IMG/VR virus record: IMGVR_UViG_3300021963_000167
Span: 1 to 53,091 of that record
Reading direction: 5' to 3' (one strand)
Length of the DNA stretch: 53,091 bases
Source of the DNA: a virus
Taxonomy: Duplodnaviria > Caudoviricetes
Below the pieces are notes generated by a model. The model searched no databases. It was not told the DNA's origin and saw only the letters and a program-made list of their open reading frames with translations. Both the position numbers and the translations under genes were made by a program. This document shows positions 30,301 through 39,696 of the stretch, one piece after another. Numbering within the stretch: the stretch's first letter is position 1; each line of letters opens with the position of its first letter.

Positions 30301-33300
30301 CAGAATTGGATAAAATTGAAGTAACAGAAGGTAAAGAATTATACCCCTTTCCTTTGTTTGTTATTGAAATTTTTTGAATCGCACCTTTAGGGCCAATAGA
30401 ATTAGTATAATATTCTATATTGTTTGAACTCGCATCAAGTGCTTCAAATTCAGGACTTTCTAAAATATTAAATTTAAATGAAGTTGGGGTAATTTCATTA
30501 ATAATATAATTTCCGTTATATCCACTTTCAACTATTGAAATTTTATTCGCAGAAATTACCTCATCATCAACAATGATTTCTTTCTTGACATCTAAATTTA
30601 AATTTAAATTTGTCGGTACTAATTTGTAATATAAATTATTTGGAGTTTCATCATTCACAATTAAGGTCACTCGTGCATCGGAATCAATACCAACTTTACC
30701 TGTTTTTACAACATCAAAAACAGGTAACGATTGACTAGTATCAAATTCTTCAATAAATTGACTATCTCTATAAATTCGAAGTTCAAATGCTGAATATGTT
30801 GCAACACCAGTGTTAGAAAAATAATTTAAAGAATCATCAGATAAATCAAAAGTTATTGGTTGATTTTTTACTACTTGGAGTGGTGGATTAATTGCAGAAA
30901 TAGTTCCTATAGAAGAAGATAAAATATCAACTATGTTTGGTGTGGCTTTGGTTGCACCATAATAACTATCAGATAGCATAATTGTATTTGAGTCTACAAC
31001 TATTACATAATAAAAATTTTGATTAACTAATCCACTTGCTGGGGTATTTGATGTATATAAAACTTTTTGGCCAGTATAGTATTTGTGATTATCGATTTGG
31101 ATAGTATTATTAGAAGTATTAATAAATGTGAATATTCTTGGGTTGACCAACATTCTTCGAGTATAATCACTGTATTTAATTACAAACGTTGTATTAATTC
31201 CTGGTTTTACGTTAAGAATTATATTATCAAGTAAAGAAAGACCGTGAGTTTCTGCAGTAGATACTGTAACTACATTTTTACTAATAGTTCCTGTCAGAGA
31301 ATTTTGATAATTAGTTTTAAAACTATGATAATTTTCAGTTCCAGTAGAGGTAAAGTATAAAATATTGCTCGGAGTAGAACCAACACCAACAAATGTACCT
31401 TCTGATCCCAATCCAACTTTAATAGTTGAAATTCCAATTAAGTTATTTGAAATTTTTGCAACATATACAATTGAGTTATTGTTGAGTTGGAAACTAGAAG
31501 TGCCGTTAGTAGAAACAGAAATTACTGTTCCACCATTTGAAGAATAAATTAAAGAATCTCCAGTAATTAAATTGTGATTTGGTAAATATATTGATTGTGT
31601 TGGAATTGTAAGTTGAGTAATTCCTACTCCCGGATTTGAAAAATAAATTGTACTAACAATACCAACTCCAGAAGTTGTTCCTAATCCAACTGATTCTACT
31701 GGATTAAAATAAAACTCCTTAGTAGGTCTAAAGTTATATGAAGTTGAAATTCCAAAGTTAATTGTGAATTTTTTTGTTTTTTCTGTAAGTGCAATGCCCG
31801 CACTATACGTTGCTAGCCCTAAAGTATTATTTTGATTGCGAAGTACTTTAATCCTTGAAGATTGTAAATCTATGTCTAAAACTTTTACTTGCTCCTCACC
31901 GATTTGATATATATCATTTTTTTCAATATTTGGATAATTAAGATTTCCTGCAACATTAAAATACGTTACTAATCCAGTATATTGTGTTGATCCAACACCA
32001 ACAGTTAAAGAAAGAATATTGTTATTTATTAAAATATTTGCTGTTTTTTTATAATCAAAGTTTCCAGTAAAGGTTATTAAATCATTATTAATGTAATTAT
32101 GAGGAACTGTACTAAATGCAATAAATTCATTTTTACTTGGATATAGAGTAACACCTTCGAGAGAATACTTTGTGACACTAACTTGTGAAACTTTTTTTCC
32201 CTTAATTAAAGAAACTTTTGCCTTTGCACTTGAAATAAAATTGCCTTTATTTTTAAATACTAAAGTGTCCTCAACTTGATAATCTTTACCTCCATTAATT
32301 ATTTCAATAGAGTCTATAGTTCCTGATGAAACATTTTTTACTACAGAATTTTGTACCTTAGTATCATTTGGGTTTGAAATATATTCATATAAACTTTTTT
32401 CATTTAAAAGATTGTATGGAGTTGTATTTCTTTTCCACCCAGTTTTATTGATATCAATATAATCTTGGTTTGAAAAATTATTAAAATTAAACTCATTTGG
32501 TTTGGACCTATATGCTGGCCCTATTACATAAGGAAAAATTGGTTTTTTATATTTTTCAAATAATCCGGTCGTTTCAACATTTCCACTATTGATTGTTGCA
32601 AAGTACGCATATATTCCATTTGGATATTCTGGAGTAACTCCGAATCTTCCATTATGCTCATCTAAATCCCCGTCACCAACATATTCATAATCATCAGTAA
32701 AAAAACCTGCAGAATAAATCGATTTACTTGGTCTGTTGGGTTTTAACTCCAATTTATAACCAGAATCTAAACTTTTAACAGATCCTCCAGTTTTTGATGA
32801 ATATCCATATGGTCCATAAATTGGATTTCCATCATATGCCCACCCAATAATTGGTGAATGAGCATATGACGTTAATACTTCTCTACCATCTAAAGTTTGA
32901 AGATCTGGTATATAAACTATTTTACCTTCAGTAAAACTAGTTGCTTGAACTATAGATCTTAACTGCCTTGGTGCATATGCGTGCGAATACTGCAATCCAT
33001 AATCACTATTTAATCCGGATGTTAATATTCCATCATCATTTGCAACGTTTAGAGTTTGGATGACTCTCTCTACTAGGTTAATTTTCCAAGATTTAATTTG
33101 TGCTTCAAATTTTGCACCGGACCCAGCTGGGATAACAATAATTGAAGTGTTATTGGGATTATATCCGATACCACCATAGATTACTTTAACGTCAATGAGA
33201 GATCCATTTGAAAAAATTGGAGTTAAAACCGCTCCAGTGCCATCACCAATAACTTTGAGGTCAGGTGAAGAGTTATAATTACTCCCAGAACTGTTAATTA

Positions 33301-36300
33301 ACACATCAACAATTTGTCCATCAGAAATAATTGGAGTGAGTTGAATTCCAGATCCACTATTCAAATCAAATAATGGTTGCCTATTGTAATTAATAATCTC
33401 TTCAGATCCATATTGAGATCCACCAGATGCAACAAATACTGATTGAATTTTCCCCCTAAAAATAGGTTGAATTACTGCATTAAAGTTTTGGTTTGTTAAA
33501 GTAGAAACTCCAATTTTACCTTCAACCAAAATTTTAATTTCTGGATAATTAAACTTATGATCTCCTGTTCCTGTTGAAGTTAAATTGACATATTGTTTTG
33601 TATCATAATAAAATGAGGTAGTAATTCCCAATGTACTAATTCCAATGGAAGATAATTTAAATTGATCATCATTTATTTTAGTAGCATAATAGGAAGTAGA
33701 TGATAATAATCCACCAATCGGACTTTGTGTGGAGTTATAAGTAATTATTTCTCCACTTTGATACCCATGATTTGAAATAGTAATAGTATTTGATGCAGTA
33801 TTAATTCCACTTGCGTTTGTTATGGTTAGTTTATTTTGATAATTAAACCCACCATTTTCAATTGTAATTGTTCCTATTTTTTTCTTTTTATTTTTGGACT
33901 TAAATGTGTGGTTTCCTATTCCATATGAAATTAATTTTATTGTGTTAATTCCAGATACTGCATCAAAGAAAGAATTGTGTAACTTTATTGTAAAAGAATC
34001 TTGAACTGATACGAAATAAGATGAATTTGTTGACAATCCACTTATTGGAATTGATTCTGAACCACCTATTGCAATTTGACTATCTGTAATATAGACTACC
34101 TCTTCAAAATCGCGAAACTTGTGATAACTGGAAAATCCAACAGTGTTTATTGGATCTAACTTTACCAATCCTGCAGAACTTTGCGAATTAAAGTAAACTT
34201 CATGATCAAAACTAATTAAATTTGCACGGGCAGCTGCGCCAAATCCATTTCCACCAAATATTTGTATTTTTGGTTCTTCCAAATAATCAAATCCCGGATC
34301 AATAATATCAATTCTCTCAAGACTACCATTTACAGAACAAATGGCAGTTGCACCAAAACCAATTGGATCAATAATTGTTAAAAATTGAGGGTTAATTACA
34401 TCGTAATTAAATCCTTGTACTATTGGAATAATTCTTTCAATGGGACCATAATAAACATTATCCTTTGACTTATAGTTTAGTAATTCTACACCATTAACAA
34501 AAATTCCAGTAAGGCCTGGATCAGTTTCATAAATCTTTCCATCAATTTCTGGTTCTGAAATTTTTCGAATTAATTTTTGAGACTCTAAAGATTGTGTACG
34601 TAAATCTCTGTAAGTAAATTCTGTTAATTCAAATTTTGCATCTACTACTGTTGCGTCTATAGAAATATAATTTTCCGTGAAAATATTACTTCTACTTCTC
34701 GATAGTTTTACTTCTGTTTCACTTACTTTCTTAATAAAGTAAACGCCGGTTGAAATACCTAAAGTATTTGATGGAGATGGTTTATATACTATAGAATCTC
34801 CAGTATAAAACCCATGCCTACCAATATTCAAACTCGTCCCACTAAAAGTACCACTAAAAGTTACTGATCGATCATTGATTTTGAGTGGTTGCTTTAAATA
34901 ATCTAAGTAAGTTGGCAGTGATGGAGTAGAAACATATAAAGATCCTTCTTTATCTTCATAATATACATTTTGAACATTTGATGTATATTGGTTGAGTGAA
35001 GGATAGTTTTCTGATGAGACTTTGGATAAATTCTTTTTAATAGAGTAAATTAAATTTACATCTAATAATGATTGATCCGATCCAAACTCAATACTAAAAG
35101 ATTTTTCGTTATTGAAAAAAGTTACATATCCAGATTGTTCAAATCCAGAAGAAAATATAGTTACAAAATCACCAACTCTTAATGAATGATTATCATAAAC
35201 GTTAATTTGATACGATCTATTAGAACTATCTAACAATCGAACAGATTTTACTTCATATTTTACTGGAATATTAAAAAACCAATTATTTGACTTATAATCT
35301 TTTAGGTCTATTCCTAAAGTTTTTATTTGTATTACATCATTTTTATCATAAAGAAGTGTTCCATCTGGTATTTTTAATTCAGATAAAACTCCCAAGATAC
35401 GAATTTTTACTTTCTGCCCATTCGAATATCCATAGGCATATAGATCACTTTTTATTTCTGCAGATTCTGGAATATCTTGGATAATTCCAGAACATTCTAA
35501 AAATTGATTTAAAGTTTTTGACCTATATGTAATATTTAAAGTGGTTCCGTTCTCCAAATCAATAATTAAATTTCCATCTCGATTTGGAAACGCCACGGTT
35601 GAATCAACTTCTATCGTAGTTGATCCAGAAGTTATATTGGAAAGTGTTTTTGTTTTGGGATGAATAATAAACTCTCCATATAGAGTTCCAACAGATGCAA
35701 TATCTTTATTATAATCAGAATCTAAACTTATTACATAATAATCTTTATTACCTCTTCTAATTTTTTCAACTTTTGTAATTGTTCCTTGTGCAGCATCCGT
35801 AAAATTAGTTTTGTCTTGATATAATGTTAGATTATTCAAATCTCCTGGATTTCCTTCAATTGCCTCTACAACTAAATCTAGTGTGATTCTATATTGAGCA
35901 TCTGATGGTTGAATTAAATAATCTCTGGGTCGAATAACATCCACATTTTGCCCATAGAGAGACTTAAATAAAATTTTAAAGGAACTATCAGTTCCCTTAG
36001 ATGAATAAAAATCAATAGATTGCTTAATAAAAATATTTTCATTCAATTGTGAGTATAATTCTCTATCTTCAAATCCAGGAGTAATTTGTTTTTTAACTTT
36101 ATTTAAAAATTCTTTAAGAAAAAGAACACTTAAGTTTGTAACCTTTGTACCAGAAATATGCTCTTCTGATTGACTATCTTCAAATGTTAATTCATCTTTT
36201 AGTTTGTATGAAGTAATCCCACTAAATCCACGAATACATCCTTCAAAAGTTGTAGAGGTTTTTGACGTATAAGTTATGATCTCAGAATCAATTAAAAGAA

Positions 36301-36580
36301 TCCCATAAGAATCTGGAAATCCTACAGTTGAAAGTACATTTATAGTCGAATCAAAAAAAGTTACATCTGCAGATAAATTTGTCAATTCAATTAAGTTTGT
36401 TAAATTGTCAACCTTAATATGTTGATCAATATTTTGAAGTATATCACTTGTTCCTCCTTGGTTTTCCAAGGAAGTATAATATTGGGATAAAAATTCAGAT
36501 ACTAAAGGAAATTCTTCTTTAACATACTGTGGAAGTTGATTTTCAATGATGGAACTAATTTTAATTCTGGTTTCTGTCAT
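24368..36580 (-). CDS. g7: Giant baseplate wedge initiator (gp7-like), 4070 aa, multi-domain
   Basis: Between g6 and g8; N-terminal QLPQYV...FLSQYY and FYSSKGTDSSFKILF; DGDYYQYFSYALKS...LNHTVGFKKF; internal repeats and a YHYH-like domain. Confidence 0.8.
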   Translation of the reverse strand: MTETRIKISSIIENQLPQYVKEEFPLVSEFLSQYYTSLENQGGTSDILQNIDQHIKVDNLTNLIELTNLSADVTFFDSTINVLSTVGFPDSYGILLIDSEIITYTSKTSTTFEGCIRGFSGITSYKLKDELTFEDSQSEEHISGTKVTNLSVLFLKEFLNKVKKQITPGFEDRELYSQLNENIFIKQSIDFYSSKGTDSSFKILFKSLYGQNVDVIRPRDYLIQPSDAQYRITLDLVVEAIEGNPGDLNNLTLYQDKTNFTDAAQGTITKVEKIRRGNKDYYVISLDSDYNKDIASVGTLYGEFIIHPKTKTLSNITSGSTTIEVDSTVAFPNRDGNLIIDLENGTTLNITYRSKTLNQFLECSGIIQDIPESAEIKSDLYAYGYSNGQKVKIRILGVLSELKIPDGTLLYDKNDVIQIKTLGIDLKDYKSNNWFFNIPVKYEVKSVRLLDSSNRSYQINVYDNHSLRVGDFVTIFSSGFEQSGYVTFFNNEKSFSIEFGSDQSLLDVNLIYSIKKNLSKVSSENYPSLNQYTSNVQNVYYEDKEGSLYVSTPSLPTYLDYLKQPLKINDRSVTFSGTFSGTSLNIGRHGFYTGDSIVYKPSPSNTLGISTGVYFIKKVSETEVKLSRSRSNIFTENYISIDATVVDAKFELTEFTYRDLRTQSLESQKLIRKISEPEIDGKIYETDPGLTGIFVNGVELLNYKSKDNVYYGPIERIIPIVQGFNYDVINPQFLTIIDPIGFGATAICSVNGSLERIDIIDPGFDYLEEPKIQIFGGNGFGAAARANLISFDHEVYFNSQSSAGLVKLDPINTVGFSSYHKFRDFEEVVYITDSQIAIGGSESIPISGLSTNSSYFVSVQDSFTIKLHNSFFDAVSGINTIKLISYGIGNHTFKSKNKKKKIGTITIENGGFNYQNKLTITNASGINTASNTITISNHGYQSGEIITYNSTQSPIGGLLSSTSYYATKINDDQFKLSSIGISTLGITTSFYYDTKQYVNLTSTGTGDHKFNYPEIKILVEGKIGVSTLTNQNFNAVIQPIFRGKIQSVFVASGGSQYGSEEIINYNRQPLFDLNSGSGIQLTPIISDGQIVDVLINSSGSNYNSSPDLKVIGDGTGAVLTPIFSNGSLIDVKVIYGGIGYNPNNTSIIVIPAGSGAKFEAQIKSWKINLVERVIQTLNVANDDGILTSGLNSDYGLQYSHAYAPRQLRSIVQATSFTEGKIVYIPDLQTLDGREVLTSYAHSPIIGWAYDGNPIYGPYGYSSKTGGSVKSLDSGYKLELKPNRPSKSIYSAGFFTDDYEYVGDGDLDEHNGRFGVTPEYPNGIYAYFATINSGNVETTGLFEKYKKPIFPYVIGPAYRSKPNEFNFNNFSNQDYIDINKTGWKRNTTPYNLLNEKSLYEYISNPNDTKVQNSVVKNVSSGTIDSIEIINGGKDYQVEDTLVFKNKGNFISSAKAKVSLIKGKKVSQVSVTKYSLEGVTLYPSKNEFIAFSTVPHNYINNDLITFTGNFDYKKTANILINNNILSLTVGVGSTQYTGLVTYFNVAGNLNYPNIEKNDIYQIGEEQVKVLDIDLQSSRIKVLRNQNNTLGLATYSAGIALTEKTKKFTINFGISTSYNFRPTKEFYFNPVESVGLGTTSGVGIVSTIYFSNPGVGITQLTIPTQSIYLPNHNLITGDSLIYSSNGGTVISVSTNGTSSFQLNNNSIVYVAKISNNLIGISTIKVGLGSEGTFVGVGSTPSNILYFTSTGTENYHSFKTNYQNSLTGTISKNVVTVSTAETHGLSLLDNIILNVKPGINTTFVIKYSDYTRRMLVNPRIFTFINTSNNTIQIDNHKYYTGQKVLYTSNTPASGLVNQNFYYVIVVDSNTIMLSDSYYGATKATPNIVDILSSSIGTISAINPPLQVVKNQPITFDLSDDSLNYFSNTGVATYSAFELRIYRDSQFIEEFDTSQSLPVFDVVKTGKVGIDSDARVTLIVNDETPNNLYYKLVPTNLNLNLDVKKEIIVDDEVISANKISIVESGYNGNYIINEITPTSFKFNILESPEFEALDASSNNIEYYTNSIGPKGAIQKISITNKGKGYNSLPSVTSILSNSGSGAVLTPISNSIGKITSVEIQDIGFEYFADYSIRPKAKYPDILVLDTLSTFDYIGIVSFGRNYNTIPTLVVVDGLSNKIMSNVNLSYSFGDSRVTIEENTAELSNSIPKIIPTNNSNGIPIKNITFNSTSKDVIVTLGASFSDPEDFPFEIGSKVLVEGISVGVGSTGNGYNSSNYDYSLFTLTSVTAALGGIGASVTYNLSSYLNNEETPGTFNIFNSSGRIVPESHFPIFNPILKKSSFYEGEVIYSLSASGSVEYWDADNQYLKVSSISDFAVNQKIKGKTSGSAGIIKKIINFESDYKIDAYSQVRRGWNQETGFLNNDFQRVHDGDYYQYFSYALKSQKDLNTWDNPVSTLNHTVGFKKFSNLVIESNQLNVGISTNQNQGDLVGISDLSSVANLNCINDFDLAKENILNIDKSFKSNQIIFNSAVIQDYVESIGNRVLVIDDISNQFNSNPRSTEFSVVDSFNLDNFRSKKYIGFVIDKRFSNQSELSVITLLHNDSFGFLNQYGNINSADDIGFFDFSIFEDEGNLLFYPTKSKINNYHVELFSFNLNNINSGIGTINLGDSVKIDTNTEIIPIGTSTATNIVGIASTYRSAKVLVQIGATDSSYFEYEEITYIHNGTNVYFIDYGQLTTNTFNSQSSLGIGTYNAYLSGSVVRIDLIPNNSTDVEYIVNTFNVSLGNTISSGIGTQILKGSSLNSSSVGIASSSAPIANIITSYSDEYSASYSIVSIEDSTNSEYEVFEFLTLTDNSTSTCYATKFGIIETNSSLGIVTAGISGSSTNIYFTPTENIDVDIKIFKVDLGLKEGSEEISLTNGSVNYSYGSYTGTENDIKKSFNLTHKNIPIFKRYFDASSSDIVNNNNDTIRIPNHFYTTGEEIQYSYPGLGTTQAISIATTSISGIGITNKLPTSLYVVKINDLDIKVAASASEALQSVPNVLNLTSVGIGNSHILDSKNQNNKVILGIDNLIQSPIVSTSTTTILTKNVTLFDSEIYVSKISSIYNGSLIQINDEIMKVAAVGVASTNAISVIRPWLGTKLSAHSLSNQVTKVLGNYNILDNVLYFTEAPFGGVSVQNLSNRPDEIDYTGITTNSSFSGRVFLRSGEPDTLNESYKNNYIFDDISDKFNGSQKLFTLKSKESNITGISTDNAIVLINNIFQGPVSSNILGDYDLIENVGITSISFTGTANSTSYDVNAANIPRGGIILSIGSTQGFGYQPLVAAGGTALVSSAGTIQSISIGNSGSGYRLGIQNIINVGVKTENSNIEFIGTAAVINGSVVSIAITNPGIGYTSSNPPIVVFDYPLSYSNLPLVYSSQSLAGFGTGAYVDIIVGQGSSIISFELKNLGYGYKPQEILTVSIGGTSGIQTTSSASFSEFQIVVDSIQSDNFSAWSIGNIQVIDPIDYLFDGNRTIFPILIEGNQTTIRSKKGSIIDQQALEASLLIFINDVLQVPGKGYIFNGGSTITFTEPPKEGDKSKILFYRGTSGVDTQSIDILETIKVGDLVSLKDETILFNQNDRLATEIISSDTLNTNLYPGPGISQERDLLRPVIWCKQTEDLVVNGQSVGKNRVIYEPYIQPVSNIIQNVGITSTEIFVESVRTFFDSEKEYTHNGTTEKPQNKILIVSQDNLIAAAATAVVSTSGTISSIIVSDGGVGYTTSPSISIQKPIGYLISTVGNVGVNTNLITGINTSNIIVGYEIFEPLNTVSTGTTVTFIGIGTIGISTTTLNTESYENIEFKIGLGITALASSILSVGGTVSSISISNAGTGYTTLNPPIVLIEPPQPNYEIVDNISYNGDFGIITGIKTTSIGVASTCIIFDFYIPQNSPLRDGKTVKVGIATTGISGIQTGYYFVVNKSNIGFGLTSLNSSGSTVGIGTTFIDNIYQVAAVSIAQTAVAGVGITYVAKVTVSVSGYNNLSGFGFSSFYGEYSWGRISTPTRKEPHEFRTYANIGGISTSPIIQRFNRLKYIGYSTT

Positions 36581-36584
36581 TTGA

Positions 36585-38495
36585 TTATATTCTTACGAGG
36601 TTCCCGTTTGTGTAACTTGATGTAAATTTATATGTCGATCCAGATATATCTGAACCGGAAGAAATCTCATCGGATAATATATTTAACACACTATTGTTAA
36701 TGTCTAGTTGCAAATATAAATCTTGCAACCCAATCACATCATTAGACTTTGGAACTACTGAAATTTCGATAATAGGTTGATTGAAAGATGTTTTTAAAGT
36801 TGAATTTATATTAATTGGAAATAATCGTATTTCACCTTTTACATAATCGATTGTTCCAACATTTTTTCTCACAACAACTGGTTGCGTGGAAGATGGTAAT
36901 CTAAAGAGGAAAATACTTCCAGTTAAACCATCTGAATTGGGAAGATCTGAAAAGTAAAGAACACTATCAATTCCTGCAATTTTAAATCCAGATGATTTGA
37001 CATTATATCCATTTAAATTTTTAACATAAAATTCATTACCATAACAAATTTCATAATCAGCAAACTTATTTAACTCAACTCTCAAATCTCGTCTCATTAC
37101 AATTTTAGTAATGTTGGAAGTTACTGCAATATCAGAATCGTCAATTACTTTGAGATATTTACTGTATTTAAATCTAGCACCATACTTATTCATCTCATTT
37201 GAATCTGAATATCTTCTAATATTAAAAAATATTGTATCTTTAATAAAATTTGGATCAGATGTAAAATTGGAGTTATAATATGCAGTTGTATCAGTTTCAA
37301 TATACAAATACTTTAGATCAATAATTTCTGGTACAATTCCAGCAACTGAATATCTTCTTAAAGAACTTTCAATATTATTTTTAACTTGGTTTGAAACAAA
37401 TGGGCCATTAATTGGTTTAATACTAATAAAAACTCTTCCATATTTTGGTGGGTTCAAGTCTTCTCCACCAAAAACCGAAATGGATTCTGCTTCTGGATAA
37501 ATGGTAGGTATAATAGTCTCATAGTCTGTCGCAGTGACTGCACGATTTTGGGATGAATATTTTCTAGGTGCATACTTTTTAATTGACTCTACAGATTCAA
37601 TCTCTCTTCCATTTTGAGATTGAGAATTTGTTGATATCAAAGAAATTCCTGTTGTAACTACTCTCCCATTATTATCGACTATACGTCCATTAAAATTAAA
37701 TGAAGAGATACCATTTCCTGATTCTCCGTTTGTTATATTATAAGAAACCTCAATATAATTTAAATTTTCAAGTTTTTGCCCAAAAATTCCATCACCAAAA
37801 ATTAATTCATATCTTTGGTCTTCAATTTCTTGAATAAAGAAAATTTTTGAATCAGAATTAATCTCAAAAAGATTTTTGGATAATTTAAAAGTTCTTCTGA
37901 TGGTACTTGATTGAGTGTCTCTTACGAAGACATTAATCGAATCTATATCAATATTTGCATTATCTAAAATAAATCTTTGATTTGGATTATTTGCATCTAC
38001 AGTAAAATTATTAACAATAAATGTCCCTTCATAGATATCAACATTTTCGAATAGGGCAATTCCATTTACTACAGGAACTGTAATGTCCTGGGCAATAATA
38101 AATGAAAAATTTTGATTACCAAACGAAGTACTTGTAGTGCAAACAACACCACTTTTAAGTGTTAGGGTAATTGGACTTGTTGTAAATGCTGTTGTGTCTA
38201 CAAAAAATGAAATATTTGCTCTCGATGCTGATCGTGAGTGTGGAACATAACCAATATTTCTTGCTAACGATACTACATTTTCTCTTAACGTGGCACTATC
38301 AATAAAAACCTCATTGCTAATCATATTAGCATTGTATGAGGAAATATACGTGTTATAAGCCAACACATCAATCAATGTCGAAAGATTAGATCCTTCAAAA
38401 TCATAATCTGTAAAGTTTGAATTCGCTCTAAGGTACTCGCGAATTGAACTTTTTATTTGATCGAAATCTAAATTTGTAAAATTAACTAATGCCAT
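36585..38495 (-). CDS. g6: Baseplate wedge subunit
   Basis: LDFDQIK, FTDYDFEGS, LAYNT, FIDSATLRENVVS, FGDGIFG, QNRAVTATDY. Confidence 0.95.
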   Translation of the reverse strand: MALVNFTNLDFDQIKSSIREYLRANSNFTDYDFEGSNLSTLIDVLAYNTYISSYNANMISNEVFIDSATLRENVVSLARNIGYVPHSRSASRANISFFVDTTAFTTSPITLTLKSGVVCTTSTSFGNQNFSFIIAQDITVPVVNGIALFENVDIYEGTFIVNNFTVDANNPNQRFILDNANIDIDSINVFVRDTQSSTIRRTFKLSKNLFEINSDSKIFFIQEIEDQRYELIFGDGIFGQKLENLNYIEVSYNITNGESGNGISSFNFNGRIVDNNGRVVTTGISLISTNSQSQNGREIESVESIKKYAPRKYSSQNRAVTATDYETIIPTIYPEAESISVFGGEDLNPPKYGRVFISIKPINGPFVSNQVKNNIESSLRRYSVAGIVPEIIDLKYLYIETDTTAYYNSNFTSDPNFIKDTIFFNIRRYSDSNEMNKYGARFKYSKYLKVIDDSDIAVTSNITKIVMRRDLRVELNKFADYEICYGNEFYVKNLNGYNVKSSGFKIAGIDSVLYFSDLPNSDGLTGSIFLFRLPSSTQPVVVRKNVGTIDYVKGEIRLFPININSTLKTSFNQPIIEISVVPKSNDVIGLQDLYLQLDINNSVLNILSDEISSGSDISGSTYKFTSSYTNGNLVRI

Positions 38496-38896
38496 TATCG
38501 TGTTGGCTGAAGGGCAAATGATAATTGTTGTGGAAGAACATCAATTCCCACAATACGATAGTTTATTGTAACGTTAAATTCATTATCATCATAATTTGGC
38601 GAAACTTCTACATTAATTAAATTTACTCTAGGTTCATAATTTCGAATAGTATTTTCAATTTCATCTTTAATGATTGATGCAGAAATTTCATCCATGTTCT
38701 CAAAAAGAGATCTACTCACTCTTGAACCTAGATTTTCATTAAAAAATTTTTCTCCAGGATATGTAAACACTAAATTGCGAATAGAACGGGCAATAGATGT
38801 CTCATTCTTTAATGCAATCAAATCATAGTTGATTGGATTTATCTGAAAAGACATACTTAAGTCTTTAAATCCCTTACTTACCCGTTCTACAGGCAT
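38495..38896 (-). CDS. g25: Baseplate wedge subunit (gp25 family)
   Basis: FKDLSMSF, SIRNLV.T.PGEKFF, IRNYEPRV. Confidence 0.93.
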   Translation of the reverse strand: MPVERVSKGFKDLSMSFQINPINYDLIALKNETSIARSIRNLVFTYPGEKFFNENLGSRVSRSLFENMDEISASIIKDEIENTIRNYEPRVNLINVEVSPNYDDNEFNVTINYRIVGIDVLPQQLSFALQPTR

Positions 38897-38916
38897 AAAA
38901 TGCTACAAAATCTGTA

Positions 38917-39177
38917 TTATTTATTCGGATTTTTAAACTCATAAAGTGGTTCTGTACCATATTCCCAATCATCATAGTCATTATCATTACGAATTTTTGA
39001 ATGAATCTCATTTTGAATCGCAAAATCATGTTTTTTTGGCGTTAAATCATCATTTGAAATCTCGCGAAGCATTTTTTTCTTTTCAATTTGAGACTCCCAA
39101 CCATATTCGCTTGACAAATATTCAGTTGCCCACTCATTTCTCATAAAATTTTGATTTTTATCGACTTTTTTAGTCAT
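38917..39177 (-). CDS. Hypothetical protein
   Basis: AGGAG RBS upstream; same strand as neighbours. Confidence 0.7.
   Translation of the reverse strand: MTKKVDKNQNFMRNEWATEYLSSEYGWESQIEKKKMLREISNDDLTPKKHDFAIQNEIHSKIRNDNDYDDWEYGTEPLYEFKNPNK
38918..38925 (-). promoter_or_regulatory. Late promoter AATAAATA
   Basis: Motif ~21 nt upstream of g25. Confidence 0.6.
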
Positions 39178-39221
39178 TTTTAGCTCCTGATTTGTGTAAA
39201 TCAGAACTTTTTACGGGGTTG

Positions 39222-39500
39222 CTATCCCGTTTTAATCATATCGTAGTCATCTTCGAGTATTTCTTTTAGATATTCATCATCCCACATATCATAATATGAT
39301 GTTTTAGCAAGATTTTTTCTAAATTTTTTTAATTTATCAGTTGGTTGGGACAAAATTAAATTGTATTTGCCGTTGCACTCTATGATTTTAAATTTTGAAT
39401 TTGATGCAAAGGGGCAAATAGCAAATCCATTTAGTTCTTCTCTAACTTGAGAAACTTCTTTAATCCAATTGAGTATATGAATTTCTTTATCTGAAAACAT
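39222..39500 (-). CDS. Hypothetical protein with CPFA motif (possibly internally deleted)
   Basis: Start moved to ATG 39500 (MFSDKEIHIL...) because the upstream part of the track ORF overlaps another gene and a hairpin. Confidence 0.6.
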   Translation of the reverse strand: MFSDKEIHILNWIKEVSQVREELNGFAICPFASNSKFKIIECNGKYNLILSQPTDKLKKFRKNLAKTSYYDMWDDEYLKEILEDDYDMIKTG

Positions 39501-39534
39501 AAAAAAAGAGTGCTTATTTCTATTTAAGCACTCT
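39501..39534 (-). terminator. Rho-independent terminator-like hairpin overlapping a TAAATA late-promoter-like motif
   Basis: 10-bp stem AGAGTGCTTA/TAAGCACTCT followed by a T-run on the minus strand. Confidence 0.6.
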
Positions 39535-39540
39535 AAAATA

Positions 39541-39684
39541 TTATTTACCTTGTCCCCGATACTTTTTCTTTCTTCCATTACGAGAAGTTGCTGAAAGAAG
39601 AGTGCGAGCAGACCGCCCCTGACGAGTCTTCTTTGGTGCTCCTGCTTCAAACACCGTTTTATTCATTCCACCTTTAGATGCCAT
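39541..39684 (-). CDS. Small very basic protein (47 aa)
   Basis: Hand-translated MASKGGMNKTVFEAGAPKKTRQGRSARTLLSATSRNGRKKKYRGQGK; GGAGG RBS. Confidence 0.8.
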   Translation of the reverse strand: MASKGGMNKTVFEAGAPKKTRQGRSARTLLSATSRNGRKKKYRGQGK

Positions 39685-39696
39685 AAGTTACCTCCA

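Noticed and set aside
918-39146. Plus-strand track ORFs opposite the structural genes (e.g. 3881-4204, 5641-6030, 28038-28340, 29784-30113)
   Set aside because: Antisense shadows of long, well-supported minus-strand genes; no RBS or recognisable motifs.
39501-39650. N-terminal extension of track ORF 39222-39650
   Set aside because: Overlaps the 47-aa basic gene with a strong GGAGG RBS and crosses a terminator-like hairpin.
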